Source: Nemertoderma westbladi (taxonomy: Eukaryota; Animalia; Xenacoelomorpha). Taken from it: a stretch of 64,000 bases of DNA. The notes under the pieces were generated by a model. It saw nothing but the letters and a program-made list of their open reading frames with translations, did not search any database and was not told the origin of the DNA. Below are positions 32,401 through 46,800 of the stretch, piece after piece. Made by a program: the position numbers and the translations under genes. Within the stretch, counting starts at the first letter, position 1. Every line of letters begins with the position of its first letter. The stretch is from NCBI GenBank assembly GCA_032718475.1, contig JAUCBJ010007524.1:62001-126000 (forward strand), read 5' to 3'.

Positions 32401-34767
32401 ATAATTATTTCTCTACGCCTGTACTTACTGTATTATTATTTTATCTAATATTATACATCTAATCTCGATGAAATCTCGCTTACTATAGCTCGTTAGATAG
32501 GTCTCGCCCTAACTCGTTGCAACGTAATACTCAGAGCCGTCTGAAGTTCCCCCGTCTGCCGCTAGAGGGCGAATTATCCGATAGTGAAAACCTGATCTTA
32601 TAGGGTTGTTTTTAATGCTTTTGAGCTGAAACGTGGTAGCTATATACTGCAGCATAGGCTGTATATTTCCGGAGTCACTGGGTTGTCTACAGTTCCCCAG
32701 TCTACCGTTAGAGTGCTAAATGTCTGAGAGTTAACATCTTCTCCAACTTTATTATTTACAATCCGTTTTGACTGAAACTTGGTAGGCATCTACTACAGCA
32801 TAGGCTGAATCTTTACTGAGTCGCAGAGTCGTCTACAATTTCCCAGTCTACCGCTAGAGGGCGAAATGTCTGCAAGTTAACATCTTCTCCAACTTTGTTA
32901 TTTATAATCCATTTAGACTGAACTTGGTAGGCATCTACTACAGCATAGGCTATATCTTTACTGAGTCGCGCAGAGTTGTCTACAGTACCCGCGTCTGCCG
33001 CTAGAGGGCGAAATGTATGAAAGTTAACATCTTCTCCAACTTTGTTATTTACAAACCTTTTAGACTGAAACTTGGTAGGCATCTACTATAGCATAGGCTA
33101 TATCTTTGCGGAGTAGTAGAGTCGTCTACAGTTCCACAGTCAGCCGCAAGAGGGCGAATTGTCTGATAGTGAAAACCTCATCCCATTTGGTTCTTTTTAA
33201 TCCTTTTGAGCTGAAACTTGGCAGGTATCTACTACATCCTAGGCTCTATCTTTACGGAGTTGCAGAGTCCTATACACTTCCCCAGTCTACCGCTAGAGGG
33301 TGAAATGTCTGAAAGTTACCATCTTCTCCAACTTTGTTATTTATAATCCATTTAGACTGAACTTGGTAGGCATCTACTACAGCATAGGCTATATCTTTAC
33401 TGAGTCGCGCAGAGTTGTCTACATTACCCGCGTCTGCCGCTAGAGGGCGAAATGTATGAAAGTTAACATCTCCTCCAACTTTGTTATTTACAATCCTTTT
33501 AGACTGAAACTTGGTAGACATCTACTATAGCATAGGCTATATCTTTGCGGAGTAGTAGAGTCGTCTAAAGTTCCACAGTCAGCCGCTAGAGGGGGAATTG
33601 TCTGATAGTGAAAACCTCATCCCATTTGGTTCTTTTTAATCATTTTGAGCTGAAACTTGGCAGGTATCTACTACATCATAGGCTGTATCTTTACGGAGTT
33701 GCAGAGTCCTATACACTTCCCCAGTCTACCGCTAGAGGGTGAAATGTCTGAAAGTTAACATCTTCTCCAACTTTGTTATTTACTAACGGTTTAGACTGAA
33801 ACTTGGTAGGCATCTACTACAACATAGGCTGTACCTTTACGGATTCGCAGAGTTGTATACAGTCCCCCCATTTGACGCTAGAGGGCGAAATATCTGATAG
33901 TGAACACCTCATCCCATTTGGTTCTTTTTAATCCTATTGAGCTGGAACTTGGCAGGAATCTACTACAGCATATTCTGTATCTTTACGGAGTCCTAGAGTC
34001 GTCTACAGTTCTTCAGTCTACCGCTAGAGGGTGAAATGTTTGAATATGAACATCTACACCAATTTTGTTATTTACAATCTGTTTAAGCTGAAACTTGAAA
34101 GGCAGGCGTTTTACTTCACCATAAACCCCATCTTTACCAAACTGCAGCGCCGTCTGCATTTCACCAGTCCGCAGGTAGAGGGTGGATCTGAAAGTGATCA
34201 TTTTCTGGAAATTTTGTTATTTACAATCTGCCTAAAGTTGAAACTTGACAGTTATCTCTTATGGGGTGGTGTTTTATTTAATGATGGTGTCTGTTCCGTA
34301 TGCAGTTCTCAAATCTCCCACACATATTCATATATCATCTGCACGTGCACTAGAAAGCTGTGGCCCGAAGGGCCACAGGCTTTCTAGTCTAATATATATA
34401 AATCTCGATTGTCTGTGTGTTTGTCATCGGCTATACAATCGAACCCATCTCGATGAAATCTCGCTTGCTATATCTTGTTAGAAAGGTCTTGCCCTAACTC
34501 GTTGCAACGTAATACTCAGAGCCGTCTGAAGTTCGCCCGTCTGCCGCTAGAGGGCGATTTTCGTGATTTTCGGGCGAAATTTATCGAATTATTTCGGTTC
34601 TTCTATCGGTAATTAATGATTTAGAGGGCTAACATTTATCCCACCTGGTTTAAAATTAACATGGGTAGATTCGCCGTGTCCCATTCTCACAAAGTTTTTA
34701 TTTTATTCGAGTGTTTAATATAAATATGTATGATTATTTATTGATTAAAAATCAAATAGTGTATAAA

Positions 34768-35966
34768 CAAGCTGGCAAGCCTGGAGGGTTCACGGTCCTC
34801 CTACTTAATCAGTACAATAATAATAACCGATACATCATTGTCGAAACGTACCCAGTATTCGGGTACCGGCTGGCGGCTGACCGGTACGTTTTCGTTCGGG
34901 TAGGCCTATGTTTCCTTTTCACTTGTTCCCATCGTAGGCGACCTCATGCTCATCCCACCACGACCACCAGTTACGAGTTGGGCAGGCGTCTACCACTGTA
35001 CCATCTACCGGCAACCGGTAAGTAATTACGCGCCACACGACGTCATCCCGCCATCCGCCAACATTTATACCGGTACGGTAAGCCTACCACCTACCGGCTG
35101 GCTACCATCGCACCGTAGGTCTACCGCCTACCGGTCAACCGGTAACGGTAGGCTACCGCGTACCGGTACAGCGGTACTCAAAGTCGTACCGGTATTGTCG
35201 TAATTGACAAATGCAGGATTAAACCGTAACCCGTTCCGGTACCGGTACCATATGCATCTGAACGACTGGACGGTTAATCTCATAGCATAGCTGCATAGGC
35301 CTACCGGTAGTCAGTGCGAAGTCGCCTGCGAACATGGCGAAATATTATATTTAAGCCAGGCTGCCAGGCATAGCCTACCTGATGGATAATAATAAACTGA
35401 AATGCTATGCCACTCAGAAGTACCGGTACTTGGTACTGCCAGTTTGCTGCTATGCCAGTATGCTAGCAGGTAGTGCATAGTGCTAGCTAAGATTGTCTAC
35501 AGATTAACTAGGCCTACAGGCAGACAATCAGACAGTACTAGCTGTCTAGGGCCTACAGGACTGCAGTACCGGTACTGCAGTATTGGTAATTGCTAATGCT
35601 AATTAATTACCTTAATTAAATCTTCAATTAGGTCATAATGTAGGTCCAAATTTAAAAATCGGCCTCCGTTAATCGATTTAGAAATAATTCAGGTACCTCC
35701 ATGCCAAATATCAGAATCATTCATTGCGTTCCCTATGACAAGATAGCTTTTTCCTAAACCATGCGAAAACACGCAAATATAGCGCTCACATCGCACAAAT
35801 ACCATCTCGACACCCAATTTTTTGTATGAGCCTTCGCCATCCCTATATCTAACTTTTGTCCAAACTTTGTTTCGATTGATTAATAAATAACTGAGATATC
35901 GCTCTGGACACACACACACACACACATTACGGTAATAATGGTCACTTATGTCAAAGACCGTGAACC
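34768..35966 (-). mobile_element. Helentron-associated interspersed element (HINE, DINE-1-like)
   Basis: Subterminal inverted repeats GGTTCACGGTC (34787-34797 / 35956-35966), a short terminal hairpin CAAGCT-ggca-AGCCTG beyond one of them, and a (CA)n microsatellite near the other end. Inserted in an A/T run that is empty in sister units. Confidence 0.85.
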
Positions 35967-38900
35967 AATATGTCATATTCGCCAAGCAGGATCGAATTGG
36001 CCTATAGTTATTGAATAGGGAAGGATTGTTTTCTGTATCATAGCAACGTTAAGGTAATTATTGAACTCGCAGCTAGCTGGCTGGGCACAGATAAGGAGCA
36101 AGCAGGCTGGAGTGTTGATTGGGGTGGGTTTGGGTTGTCTGTTGCGAATTGCTCAGAGTAATTCTGCTTTCTCAATCATTGGCTGCATGGAAGGAGAGGT
36201 TTATAACATTTTTGTTTTGCTGTTATGAATATTAAAAGTAAAATAATTATTTCTGTAGGCCTATACTTACTGTATTATTATTTTATCTAATATTATACAT
36301 CTAATCTCGATGAAATCTCGCTTACTATAGCTCGTTAGATAGGTCTCGCCCTAACTCGTTGCAACGTAATACTCAGAGCCGTCTGAAGTTCCACCTTCTG
36401 CCGCTAGAGGGCGAATTATCCGATAGTGAAAACCTGATCTTATAGGGTTGTTTTTAATGCTTTTGAGCTGAAACGTGGTAGCTATATACTGCAGCATAGG
36501 CTGTATATTTCCGGAGTCACTGGGTTGTCTACAGTTCCCCAGTCTACCGTTAGAGGGCTAAATGTCTGAGAGTTAACATCTTCTCCAACTTTATTATTTA
36601 CAATCCGTTTTGACTGAAACTTGGTAGGCATCTACTACAGCATAGGCTGAATCTTTACTGAGTCGCAGAGTCGTCTACAATTTCCCAGTCTACCTCTAGA
36701 GGGCGAAATGTCTGCAAGTTAACATCTTCTCCAACTTTGTTATTTATAATCCATTTAGACTGAACTTGGTAGGCATCTACTACAGTATAGGCTATATCTT
36801 TACTGAGTCGCGCAGAGTTGTCTACAGTACCCGCGTCTGCCGCTAGAGGGCGAAATGTATGAAAGTTAACATCTTCTCCAACTTTGTTATTTACTAACCT
36901 TTTAGACTGAAACTTGGTAGGCATCTACTATAGCATAGGCTATATCTTTGCGGAGTAGTAGAGTCGTCTACAGTTCCACAGCCAGCCGCAAGAGGGCGAA
37001 TTGTCTGATAGTGAAAACCTCATCCCATTTGGTTCTTTTTAATCCTTTTGAGCTGAAACTTGGCAGGTATCTACTACATCCTAGGCTCTATCTTTACGGA
37101 GTTGCAGAGTCCTATACACTTCCCCAGTCTACCGCTAGAGGGTGAAATGTCTGAAAGTTACCATCTTCTCCAACTTTGTTATTTATAATCCATTTAGACT
37201 GAACTTGGTAGGCATCTACTACAGCATAGGCTATATCTTTACTGAGTCGCACAGAGTTGTCTACATTACCCGCGTCTGCCGCTAGAGGGCGAAATGTATG
37301 AAAGTTAACATCTCCTCCAACTTTGTTATTTACAATCCTTTTAGACTGAAACTTGGTAGACATCTACTATAGCATAGGCTATATCTTTGTGGAGTAGTAG
37401 AGTCGTCTACAGTTCCACAGTCAGCCGCTAGAGGGGGAATTGTCTGATAGTGAAAACCTCATCCCATTTGGTTCTTTTTAATCCTTTTGAGCTGAAACTT
37501 GGCAGGTATCTACTACATCATAGGCTGTATCTTTACGGAGTTGCAGAGTCCTATACACTTCCCCAGTCTACCGCTAGAGGGTGAAATGTCTGAAAGTTAA
37601 CATCTTCTCCAACTTTGTTATTTACTAACGGTTTAGACTGAAACTTGGTAGGCATCTACTACAACATAGGCTGTACCTTTACGGATTCGCAGAGTTGTAT
37701 ACAGTCCCCCCATTTGACGCTAGAGGGCGAAATATCTGATAGTGAACACCTCATCCCATTTGGTTCTTTTTAATCCTATTGAGCTGGAACTTGGCAGGAA
37801 TCTACTACAGCATATTCTGTATCTTTACGGAGTCCTAGAGTCGTCTACAGTTCTTCAGTCTACCGCTAGAGGGTGAAATGTTTGAATATGAACATCTACA
37901 CCAATTTTGTTATTTACAATCTGTTTAAGCTGAAACTTGAAAGGCAGGCATTTTACTTCACCATAAACCCCATCTTTACCAAACTGCAGCGCCGTCTGCA
38001 TTTCACCACTCCGCAGGTAGAGGGTGGATCTGAAAGTGATCATTTTCTGGAAATTTTGTTATTTACAATCTGCCTAAAGTTGAAACTTGACAGTTATCTC
38101 TTATGGGGGTGGTGTTTTATTTAATGATGGTGTCTGTTCCGTATGCAGTTCTCAAATCTCCCACACATATTCATATATCATCTGCACGTGCACTAGAAAG
38201 CTGTGGCCCGAAGGGCCACAGGCTTTCTAGTATCTAATATATATAAATATCGATTGTCTGTCTGTCTGTCTGTCTGTGTGTTTGTCATCGGCTATACAAT
38301 CGAACCCATCTCGATGAAATCTCGCTTGCTATATCTCGTTAGAAAGGTCTCGCCCTAACTCGTTGCAACGTAATACTCAGAGCCGTCTGAAGTTCGCCCG
38401 TCTGCCGCTAGAGGGCGATTTTCGTGATTTTCGGGCGAAATTTATCGAATTATTTCGGTTCTTCTATCGGTAATTAATGATTTAGAGGGCTAACATTTAT
38501 CCCACCTGGTTTAAAATTAACATGGGTAGATTCGCCGTGTCCCATTCTCACAAAGTTTTTATTTTATTCGAGTGTTTAATATAAATATGTATTATTATTT
38601 ATTGATTAAAAATCAAATAGTGTATAAATATGTCATATTCGCCAAGCAGGATCGAATTGGCCTATAGTTATTGAATAGGGAAGGATTGTTTTCTGTATCA
38701 TAGCAACGTTAAGGTAATTATTGAACTCGCAGCTAGCTGGCTGGGCACAGATAAGGAGCAAGCAGGCTGGAGTGTTGATTGGGGTGGGTTTGGGTTGTCT
38801 GTTGCGAATTGCTCAGAGTAATTCTGCTTTCTCAATCATTGGCTGCATGGAAGGAGAGGTTTATAACATTTTTGTTTTACTGTTATGAATATAAAAGTAA

Positions 38901-40765
38901 AATAATTATTTCTGTAGGCCTATACTTACTGTATTATTATTTTATCTAATATTATACATCTAATCTCGATGAAATCTCGCCTACTATAGCTCGTTAGATA
39001 GGTCTCGCCCTAACTCGTTGCAACGTAATACTCAGAGCCGTCTGAAGTTCCACCGTCTGCCGCTAGAGGGCGAATTATCCGATAGTGAGAACCTGATCTT
39101 ATAGGGTTGTTTTTAATGCTTTTGAGCTGAAACATGGTAGCTATATACTGCAGCATAGGCTGTATATTTCCGGAGTCACTGGGTTGTCTACAGTTCCCCA
39201 GTCTACCGTTAGAGGGCTAAATGTCTGAGAGTTAACATCTTCTCCAACTTTGTTATTTATAATCCATTTAGACTGAACTTGGTAGGCATCTACTACAGCA
39301 TAGGCTATATCTTTACTGAGTCGCGCAGAGTTGTCTACAGTACCCGCGTCTGCCGCTAGAGGGCGAAATGTATGAAAGTTAACATCTTCTCCAACTTTGT
39401 TATTTACAAACCTTTTAGACTGAAACTTGGTAGGCATCTACTATAGCACAGGCTATATCTTTGCGGAGTAGTAGAGTCGTCTACAGTTCCACAGTCAGCC
39501 GCAAGAGGGCGAATTGTCTGATAGTGAAAACCTCATCCCATTTGGTTCTTTTTAATCCTTTTGAGCTGAAACTTGGCAGGTATCTACTACATCCTAGGCT
39601 CTATCTTTACGGAGTTGCAGAGTCCTATACACTTCCCCAGTCTACCGCTAGAGGGTGAAATGTCTGAAAGTTACCATCTTCTCCAACTTTGTTATTTATA
39701 ATCCATTTAGACTGAACTTGGTAGGCATCTACTACAGCATAGGCTATATCTTTACTGAGTCGCGCAGAGTTGTCTACATTACCCGCGTCTGCCGCTAGAG
39801 GGCGAAATGTATGAAAGTTAACATCTCCTCCAACTTTGTTATTTACAATCCTTTTAGACTGAAACTTGGTAGACATCTACTATAGCATAGGCTATATCTT
39901 TGTGGAGTAGTAGAGTCGTCTACAGTTCCAAAGTCAGCCGCTAGAGGGGGAATTGTCTGATAGTGAAAACCTCATCCCATTTGGTTCTTATTTTTAATCA
40001 TTTTGAGCTGAAACTTGTCAGGTATCTACTACATCATAGGCTGTATCTTTACGGAGTTGCAGAGTCCTATACACTTCCCCAGTCTACCGCTAGAGGGTGA
40101 AATGTCTGAAAGTTAACATCTTCTCCAACTTTGTTATTTACTAACGGTTTAGACTGAAACTTGGTAGGCATCTACTACAACATAGGCTGTACCTTTACGG
40201 ATTCGCAGAGTTGTATACAGTCCCCCCATTTGACGCTAGAGGGCGAAATATCTGATAGTGAACACCTCATCCCATTTGGTTCTTTTTAATCCTATTGAGC
40301 TGGAACTTGGCAGGTATCTACTACAGCATATTCTGTATCTTTACGGAGTCCTAGAGTCGTCTACAGTTCTTCAGTCTACCGCTAGAGGGTGAAATGTTTG
40401 AATATGAACATCTACACCAATTTTGTTATTTACAATCTGTTTAAGCTGAAACTTGAAAGGCAGGCATTTTACTTCACCATAAACCCCATCTTTACCAAAC
40501 TGCAGCGCCGTCTGCATTTCACCAGTCCGCAGGTAGAGGGTGGATCTGAAAGTGAGCATTTTCTGGAAATTTTGTTATTTACAATCTGCCTAAAGTTGAA
40601 ACTTGACAGTTATCTCTTATGGGGGTGGTGTTTTATTTAATGATGGTGTCTGTTCCGTATGCAGTTCTCAAATCTCCCACACATATTCATATATCATCTG
40701 CACGTGCACTGGAAAGCTGTGGCCCGAAGGGCCACAGGCTTTCTAGTCTATATATAAATATCATG

Positions 40766-40805
<40 letters not shown>

Positions 40806-43800
40806 CAAGCTATACGTTTCTACACACAAGCACCAATCGGAGCTCTCGATACATCGAACGAAAGCTCTCGTCACGAGCACGTGCACTGTCGCTATCTCGA
40901 GTCTTATTTTACGCGTTTGTTTGCGTGAATGCAGATTTCGTGAATTTGGTACCGGTAGCGCAGTAGGCCTAGCAGTTCATTCTGTCACTCTACACGTTGG
41001 GTCTCGACTATTATGCTACTTTTTCATGCGCATCTAAGTGATGCAGACTGCCCCGAGCACATGGACGTGAAACGTCGTTATATCGAGGCTAATTTTATGC
41101 ATCATTTATGCGTGAATGCGTATTTGTGGACAAATCGGGCTATTATTCCATAGGCCTAACCATTTTTCGGCCAAATTACAGGTCAACCAGCAGGAAACTC
41201 TATAACAGTGGTTGTACCATCAGACTCAATCTGTTCTAAATGATACTTTGCAGATATGTTCCCGACCATAGACTGTGTGATTGGGAGGACACTGATCAAT
41301 CTGCAGTTCTCCAGTCTGCCGCTAGGGGGCGAAATGTCAGAAACTGAAAACCTTCTCCAATTTCGTTATTATTAACGCCTTTTAGCTGATACGTGGCAGA
41401 GGTCTACTACACCATAGGCTGTGTGTTTTCGGAGGATGCTGACCAATCTGCAATTCCCCAGTCTGCCGCTAGGGGAAGAAATATCTGAAAGTGAAAACCT
41501 TACCCATTTCGTTGTTTATAATGCTTTTTTGCTGATACTTGGCAGAGGTCTGCTACACCATAGACTGCGTGTTTGTGGAGAACTCTGAGCAATCTGCAAT
41601 TCCTCTGTCTGCCGCTAGGGGGCGCAATGTCTGAAAGTGAAAACCTTCACCCATTTCGTTGTTTATAATGCTTTTTTGCTGATACTTGGCAGAGGTCTAC
41701 CACACAGAGACTGCGTGTTTCGGGAGGAGCGAGAACCAGTCTGCATTTCTCCAGTCTGCCGCTAGGGGGCCAAATGTCTGAAAGTGAAAACCTTCACCCA
41801 TTTCGTTGTTTATAATGCTTTTTTGCTGATACTTGGCAGAGGTCTACTACACAAAGACTGCGTGTTTGGGGTGGAGCTAGAACCAGTCTGCATTTCTCCA
41901 GTCTACCGCTAGGGGGCCCAATGTCTGAAAGTGAAAACCTTATCCCATTTCGTTATTAATATGCTTTTAGGCTGACACTTGGCAGATGTGTATTACACCA
42001 TAGGGTGTGTCTGGGGAGGACGCCGAACAAACTGCAGTTCTCCATTCGGCCGCTAGGGGGCGAAATGTCTGAAAGTGAATACCCTCTCCCATTTCGATGT
42101 TTATAATGCTTTTAGGCTGATGCTTGGCAGAGGTCTACTACACCATAGGCTGCGTCTTTGTGGAGAACTCTGACCAATCTGCAATTCCTCCGTCTGCCAC
42201 TAGGGGGCGCAATGTCTGAAAGTCAAAACCTTCACCCATTTCGTTATTAATAATGCTTTTATGCTGATACTTTGCAGAGGTCTACTATACCATAGGCTGT
42301 GTTTTTGTGGAGAACTCTGACCAATCTGCAATTCCTCAGTCTGCCGCTAGAGGGTGAAATGTCTGAAATGAAAACCTTCTCCCATTTCGTTGTTTCTAAT
42401 GCTTTTTTTTATACTTGGGAAAGGTATACTACACCATCGGCTGTATGTTTGGGGCGGATGCTAACCAGTCTGCAGTTCTCCAGTATACTGCTAGAGGGTG
42501 CGAAATGTCTGAAAAGTGAAAACATTCTCACATTTATTTATTAAAAATGCTTTTAGGCTGATACTTGGCAGAGGTCTACTGTACTACATCATAAGCTGCG
42601 TCTTTGGGAAGGACGTTGACCAGTCTGCAGTTCTCCAGTCCGCCACTAGGGACGAATTGTCTGAAAGTGAAATCCTTCTCCCATTTAAATTCTTTAGAGT
42701 TTATTCTTGGCAGCGATCTAAAAGTACTGTACAGTACCTACTAAACTAAATAAACTATAGGTTGTGTTTACGAGGATGATAACCACCTGCAGTTCTACAG
42801 TTTAACCTTTTTCCATATTTTTACTATTTATAATCCTTTGGAAATGATACTTGGCAGGTATTTATCTACTTTATACAACCTACTGTTAGCCTTATGTTGT
42901 ACGTAGTATATAGATATTTGAAAAGTAAATCAGCTTCAGTCCTTTTGTTTGAGAGAACACTCAATCATGTGACGTTTTGTTAAGTTAAGTTAATTAATTA
43001 ATCTAATGTTTGGAATGGTGAATAGGCTTGTGAACTAGAAAGCCGTGGCCCGAAGGGCCACGGGCTTTCTAGTCTATATATATAAATATCGATTGTCTGT
43101 CTGTCTGTCTGTCTGTCTGTGTGTTTGTCATCGGCTATACAATCGAACCCATCTCGATGATATCTCGCTTGCTATATCTCGTTAGAAAGGTCTCGCCCTA
43201 ACTCGTTGCAACGTAATACTCAGAGCCGTCTGAAGTTCGCCCGTCTGCCGCTAGAGGGCGATTTTCGTGATTTTCGGGCGAAATTTATCGAATTATTTCG
43301 GTTCTTCTATCGGTAATTAATGATTTAGAGGGCTAACATTTATCCCACCTGGTATAAAATTAACATGGGTAGATTCGCCGTGTCCCATTCTCACAAAGTT
43401 TTTATTTTATTCGAGTGTTTAATATAAATATGTATGATTATTTATTGATTAAAAATCAAATAGTGTATAAATATGTCATATTCGCCAAGCACGATCGAAT
43501 TGGCCTATTGGTATTGAATAGGGAAGGATTGTTTTCTGTATCATAGCAACGTTAGGTAATTATTGAACTCGCAGCTAGCTGGCTGGGCACAGATAAGGAG
43601 CAAGCAGGCTGGAGTGTTGATTGGGGTGGGTTTTGGTTGTCTATTGCGAATTGCTCAAGAGTAATTAATTCTGCTTTCTCAATCATTGGCTGCATGGAAG
43701 GAGAGGTTTATAACATTTTTGTTTTACTGTTATGAATATTAAAAGTAAAATAATTATTTCTGTAGGCCTATACTTACTGTATTATTTATTATTTTATCTA

Positions 43801-46800
43801 ATATTATACATCTAATCTCGATGAAATCTCGCTTACTATAGCTCGTTAGATAGGTCTCGCCCTAACTCGTTGCAATGTAATACTCAGAGCCGTCTGAAGT
43901 TCCCCCATCTGCCGCTAGAGGGCGAATTGTCCGATAGTGAAAACCTGATCTCATTGGGTTGTTTTTAATGCTTTTGAGGTGAAACTTGGTAGCTATATAC
44001 TGCAGCATAGGCTGTATATTTCCGAAGTCACTGAGTTGTCCACAGTTCCCCAGTCTACCGTTAGAGGGCTAAATGTCTGAGAGTTAACATCTTCTCCAAC
44101 TTTGTTATTTACAATCCGTTTAGACTGAAACTTGGTAGGCATCTACTACAGCATAGGCTGTATCTTTACTGAGTCGCAGAGTCGTCTACAATTCCCCAGT
44201 CTACCGCTAGAGGGCGAAATGTCTGAAAGTTAACATCTTCTCCAACTTTGTTATTTATAATCCATTTAGACTGAACTTGGTAGGCATCTACTACAGCATA
44301 GGCTATATCTTTACTGAGTCACGCAGAGTTGTCTATATTACCCGCATCTGCCGCTAGAGGGCGAAATGTATGAAAGTTAACATCTCCTCCAACTTTGTTA
44401 TTTACAGTACAATCCTTTTAGACTGAAACTTGGTAGGTATCTACTATAGCATAGGCTATATCTTTGCGGAGTAGTAGAGTCGTCTACAGTTCCACAGTCA
44501 GCCGCTAGAGGGCGAATTGTCTGATAGTGAAAACCTCATCCCATTTGGTTCTTTTTAATCATTTTGAGCTGAAACTTGGTTGGTATCTACTACATCATAG
44601 GCTGTATCTTTACGGGGTTGCAGAATCCTATTCACTTCCCCAGTCTACCGCTAGAGGGTGAAATGTCTGAAAGTTAACATCTTCTCCAACTTTGTTATTT
44701 ACTAACGGTTTAGACTGAAACTTGGTAGGCATCTACTACAGCATAGGCTGTACCTTTACGGAGTCACAGAGTTGTATACAGTCCCCCCATCTGCCGCTAG
44801 AGGGCGACATATCTGATAGTGAACACCTCATCCCATTTGGTTCTTTTTAATCCTATTGAGCTGGAACTTGGCAGGAATCTACTACAGCATATTCTGTATG
44901 TTTACGGAGTCCCAGAGTCGTCTACAGTTCATCATTCTACCGCTAGAGGGTGAAATGTCTGAATGTGAACATCTACACCAATTTTGTTATTTACTATCTG
45001 TTTAAGCTGAAACTTGAAAGGCAGGCAATTTACTTCACCATAAACCCCATCTTTACCAAACTGCAGCGCCGTCTGCATTTCACCAGTCCGCAGGTAGAGG
45101 GTGGATCTGAAAGTGATCATTTTCTGGAAATTTTGTTATTTACAATCTGCCTAAAGTTGAAACTTGACAGTTATCTCTTATGGGGGTGGTGTTTTATTTA
45201 ATGATGGTGTCTGTTCCGTATGCAGTTCTCAAATCTCCCACATATATTCATATATCATCTGCATATGCACTAGAAAGCTGTGGCCCGAAGGGCCACAGGC
45301 TTTCTAGTCTATATATATAAATATCATGTGTCTGTCTGTCTGTGAGTCTGTGAGTCTGTCCAAGCTATACGCTCCGACACACATGCACCAATCTGAGCAA
45401 ATGATACATCGATCGAAAGCTCTCGTCCTGAGCACGTAAACTATCGCAATCTCGAGGCTAATTTTACGCGTTTGCTTGCGTGAATGCGTATTTTGTGTTC
45501 GTTCGGGCGAAATGTATCGAATTATTTCGGTTCTTCTATCGGTAATTAATTATTTAGAGGGGTAACATTTATCCCATCTGGTATAAAATTAACATGAGTA
45601 GATTCGCCGTGTCCCATTCTCACAAAGTATTTATTTTATTCGAGTGTTTAATATAAATATGTATGATTATTTATTGATTAAAAATCAAATAGTGTATAAA
45701 TATGTCATATTCGCCAAGCACGATCGAATTGGCCTATTCTTAGTGCTGTAGTGAATAGGGAAGGATTTTTTTCTGTATCATAGCAACGTTAAGGTAATTA
45801 TTGAAATCGCAGCTAGCTGGCTGGGCACAGATAAGGAGCAAGCAGGCTGGAGTGTTGATTGGGGTGGGTTTGGGTTGTCTGTTGCGAATTGCTCAAGAGT
45901 AATTCTGCTTTCTCAATCATTGGCTGCATGGAAGGAGAGGTTTATAACATTTTTGTTTTACTGTTATGAATATTAAAAGTAAAATAATTATTTCTGTAGG
46001 CCTATACTTACTGTATTATTATTTTATCTAATATTATACATCTAATCTCGATGAAATCTCGCTTACTATAGCTCGTTAGATAGGTCTCGCCCTAACTCGT
46101 TGCAACGTAATACTCAGAGCCGTCTGAAGTTCCCCCATCTGCCGCTAGAGGGCGAATTGTCCGATAGTGAAAACCTGATCTCATTGGGTTGTTTTTAATG
46201 CTTTTGAGCTGAAACTTGGTAGCTATATACTGCAGCATAGGCTGTATATTTCCGGAGTCACTGAGTTGTCCACAGTTCCCCAGTCTACCGTTAGAGGGCT
46301 AAATGTCTGAGAGTTAACATCTTCTCCAACTTTGTTATTTATAATCCATTTAGACTGAACTTGGTAGGCATCTACTACAGCATAGGCTATATCTTTACTG
46401 AGTCGCGCAGAGTTGTCTACATTACCCGCGTCTGCCGCTAGAGGGCGAAATGTATGAAAGTTAACATCTCCTCCAACTTTGTTATTTACAATCCTTTTAG
46501 ACTGAAACTTGGTAGGCATCTACTATAGCATAGGCTATATCTTTGCGGAGTAGTAGAGTCGTCTACAGTTCCACAGTCAGCCGCTAGAGGGCGAATTGTC
46601 TGAAAGTTAACATCTTCTCCAACTTTGTTATTTACTAACGGTTTAGACTGAAACTTGGTAGGCATCTACTACAGCATAGGCTGTACCTTTACGGAGTTAC
46701 AGAGTTGTATACAGTCCCCCCATCTGCCGCTAGAGGGCGACATATTTGATAGTGAACACCTCATCCCATTTGGTTCTTTTTAATCATTTTGAGCTGAAAC

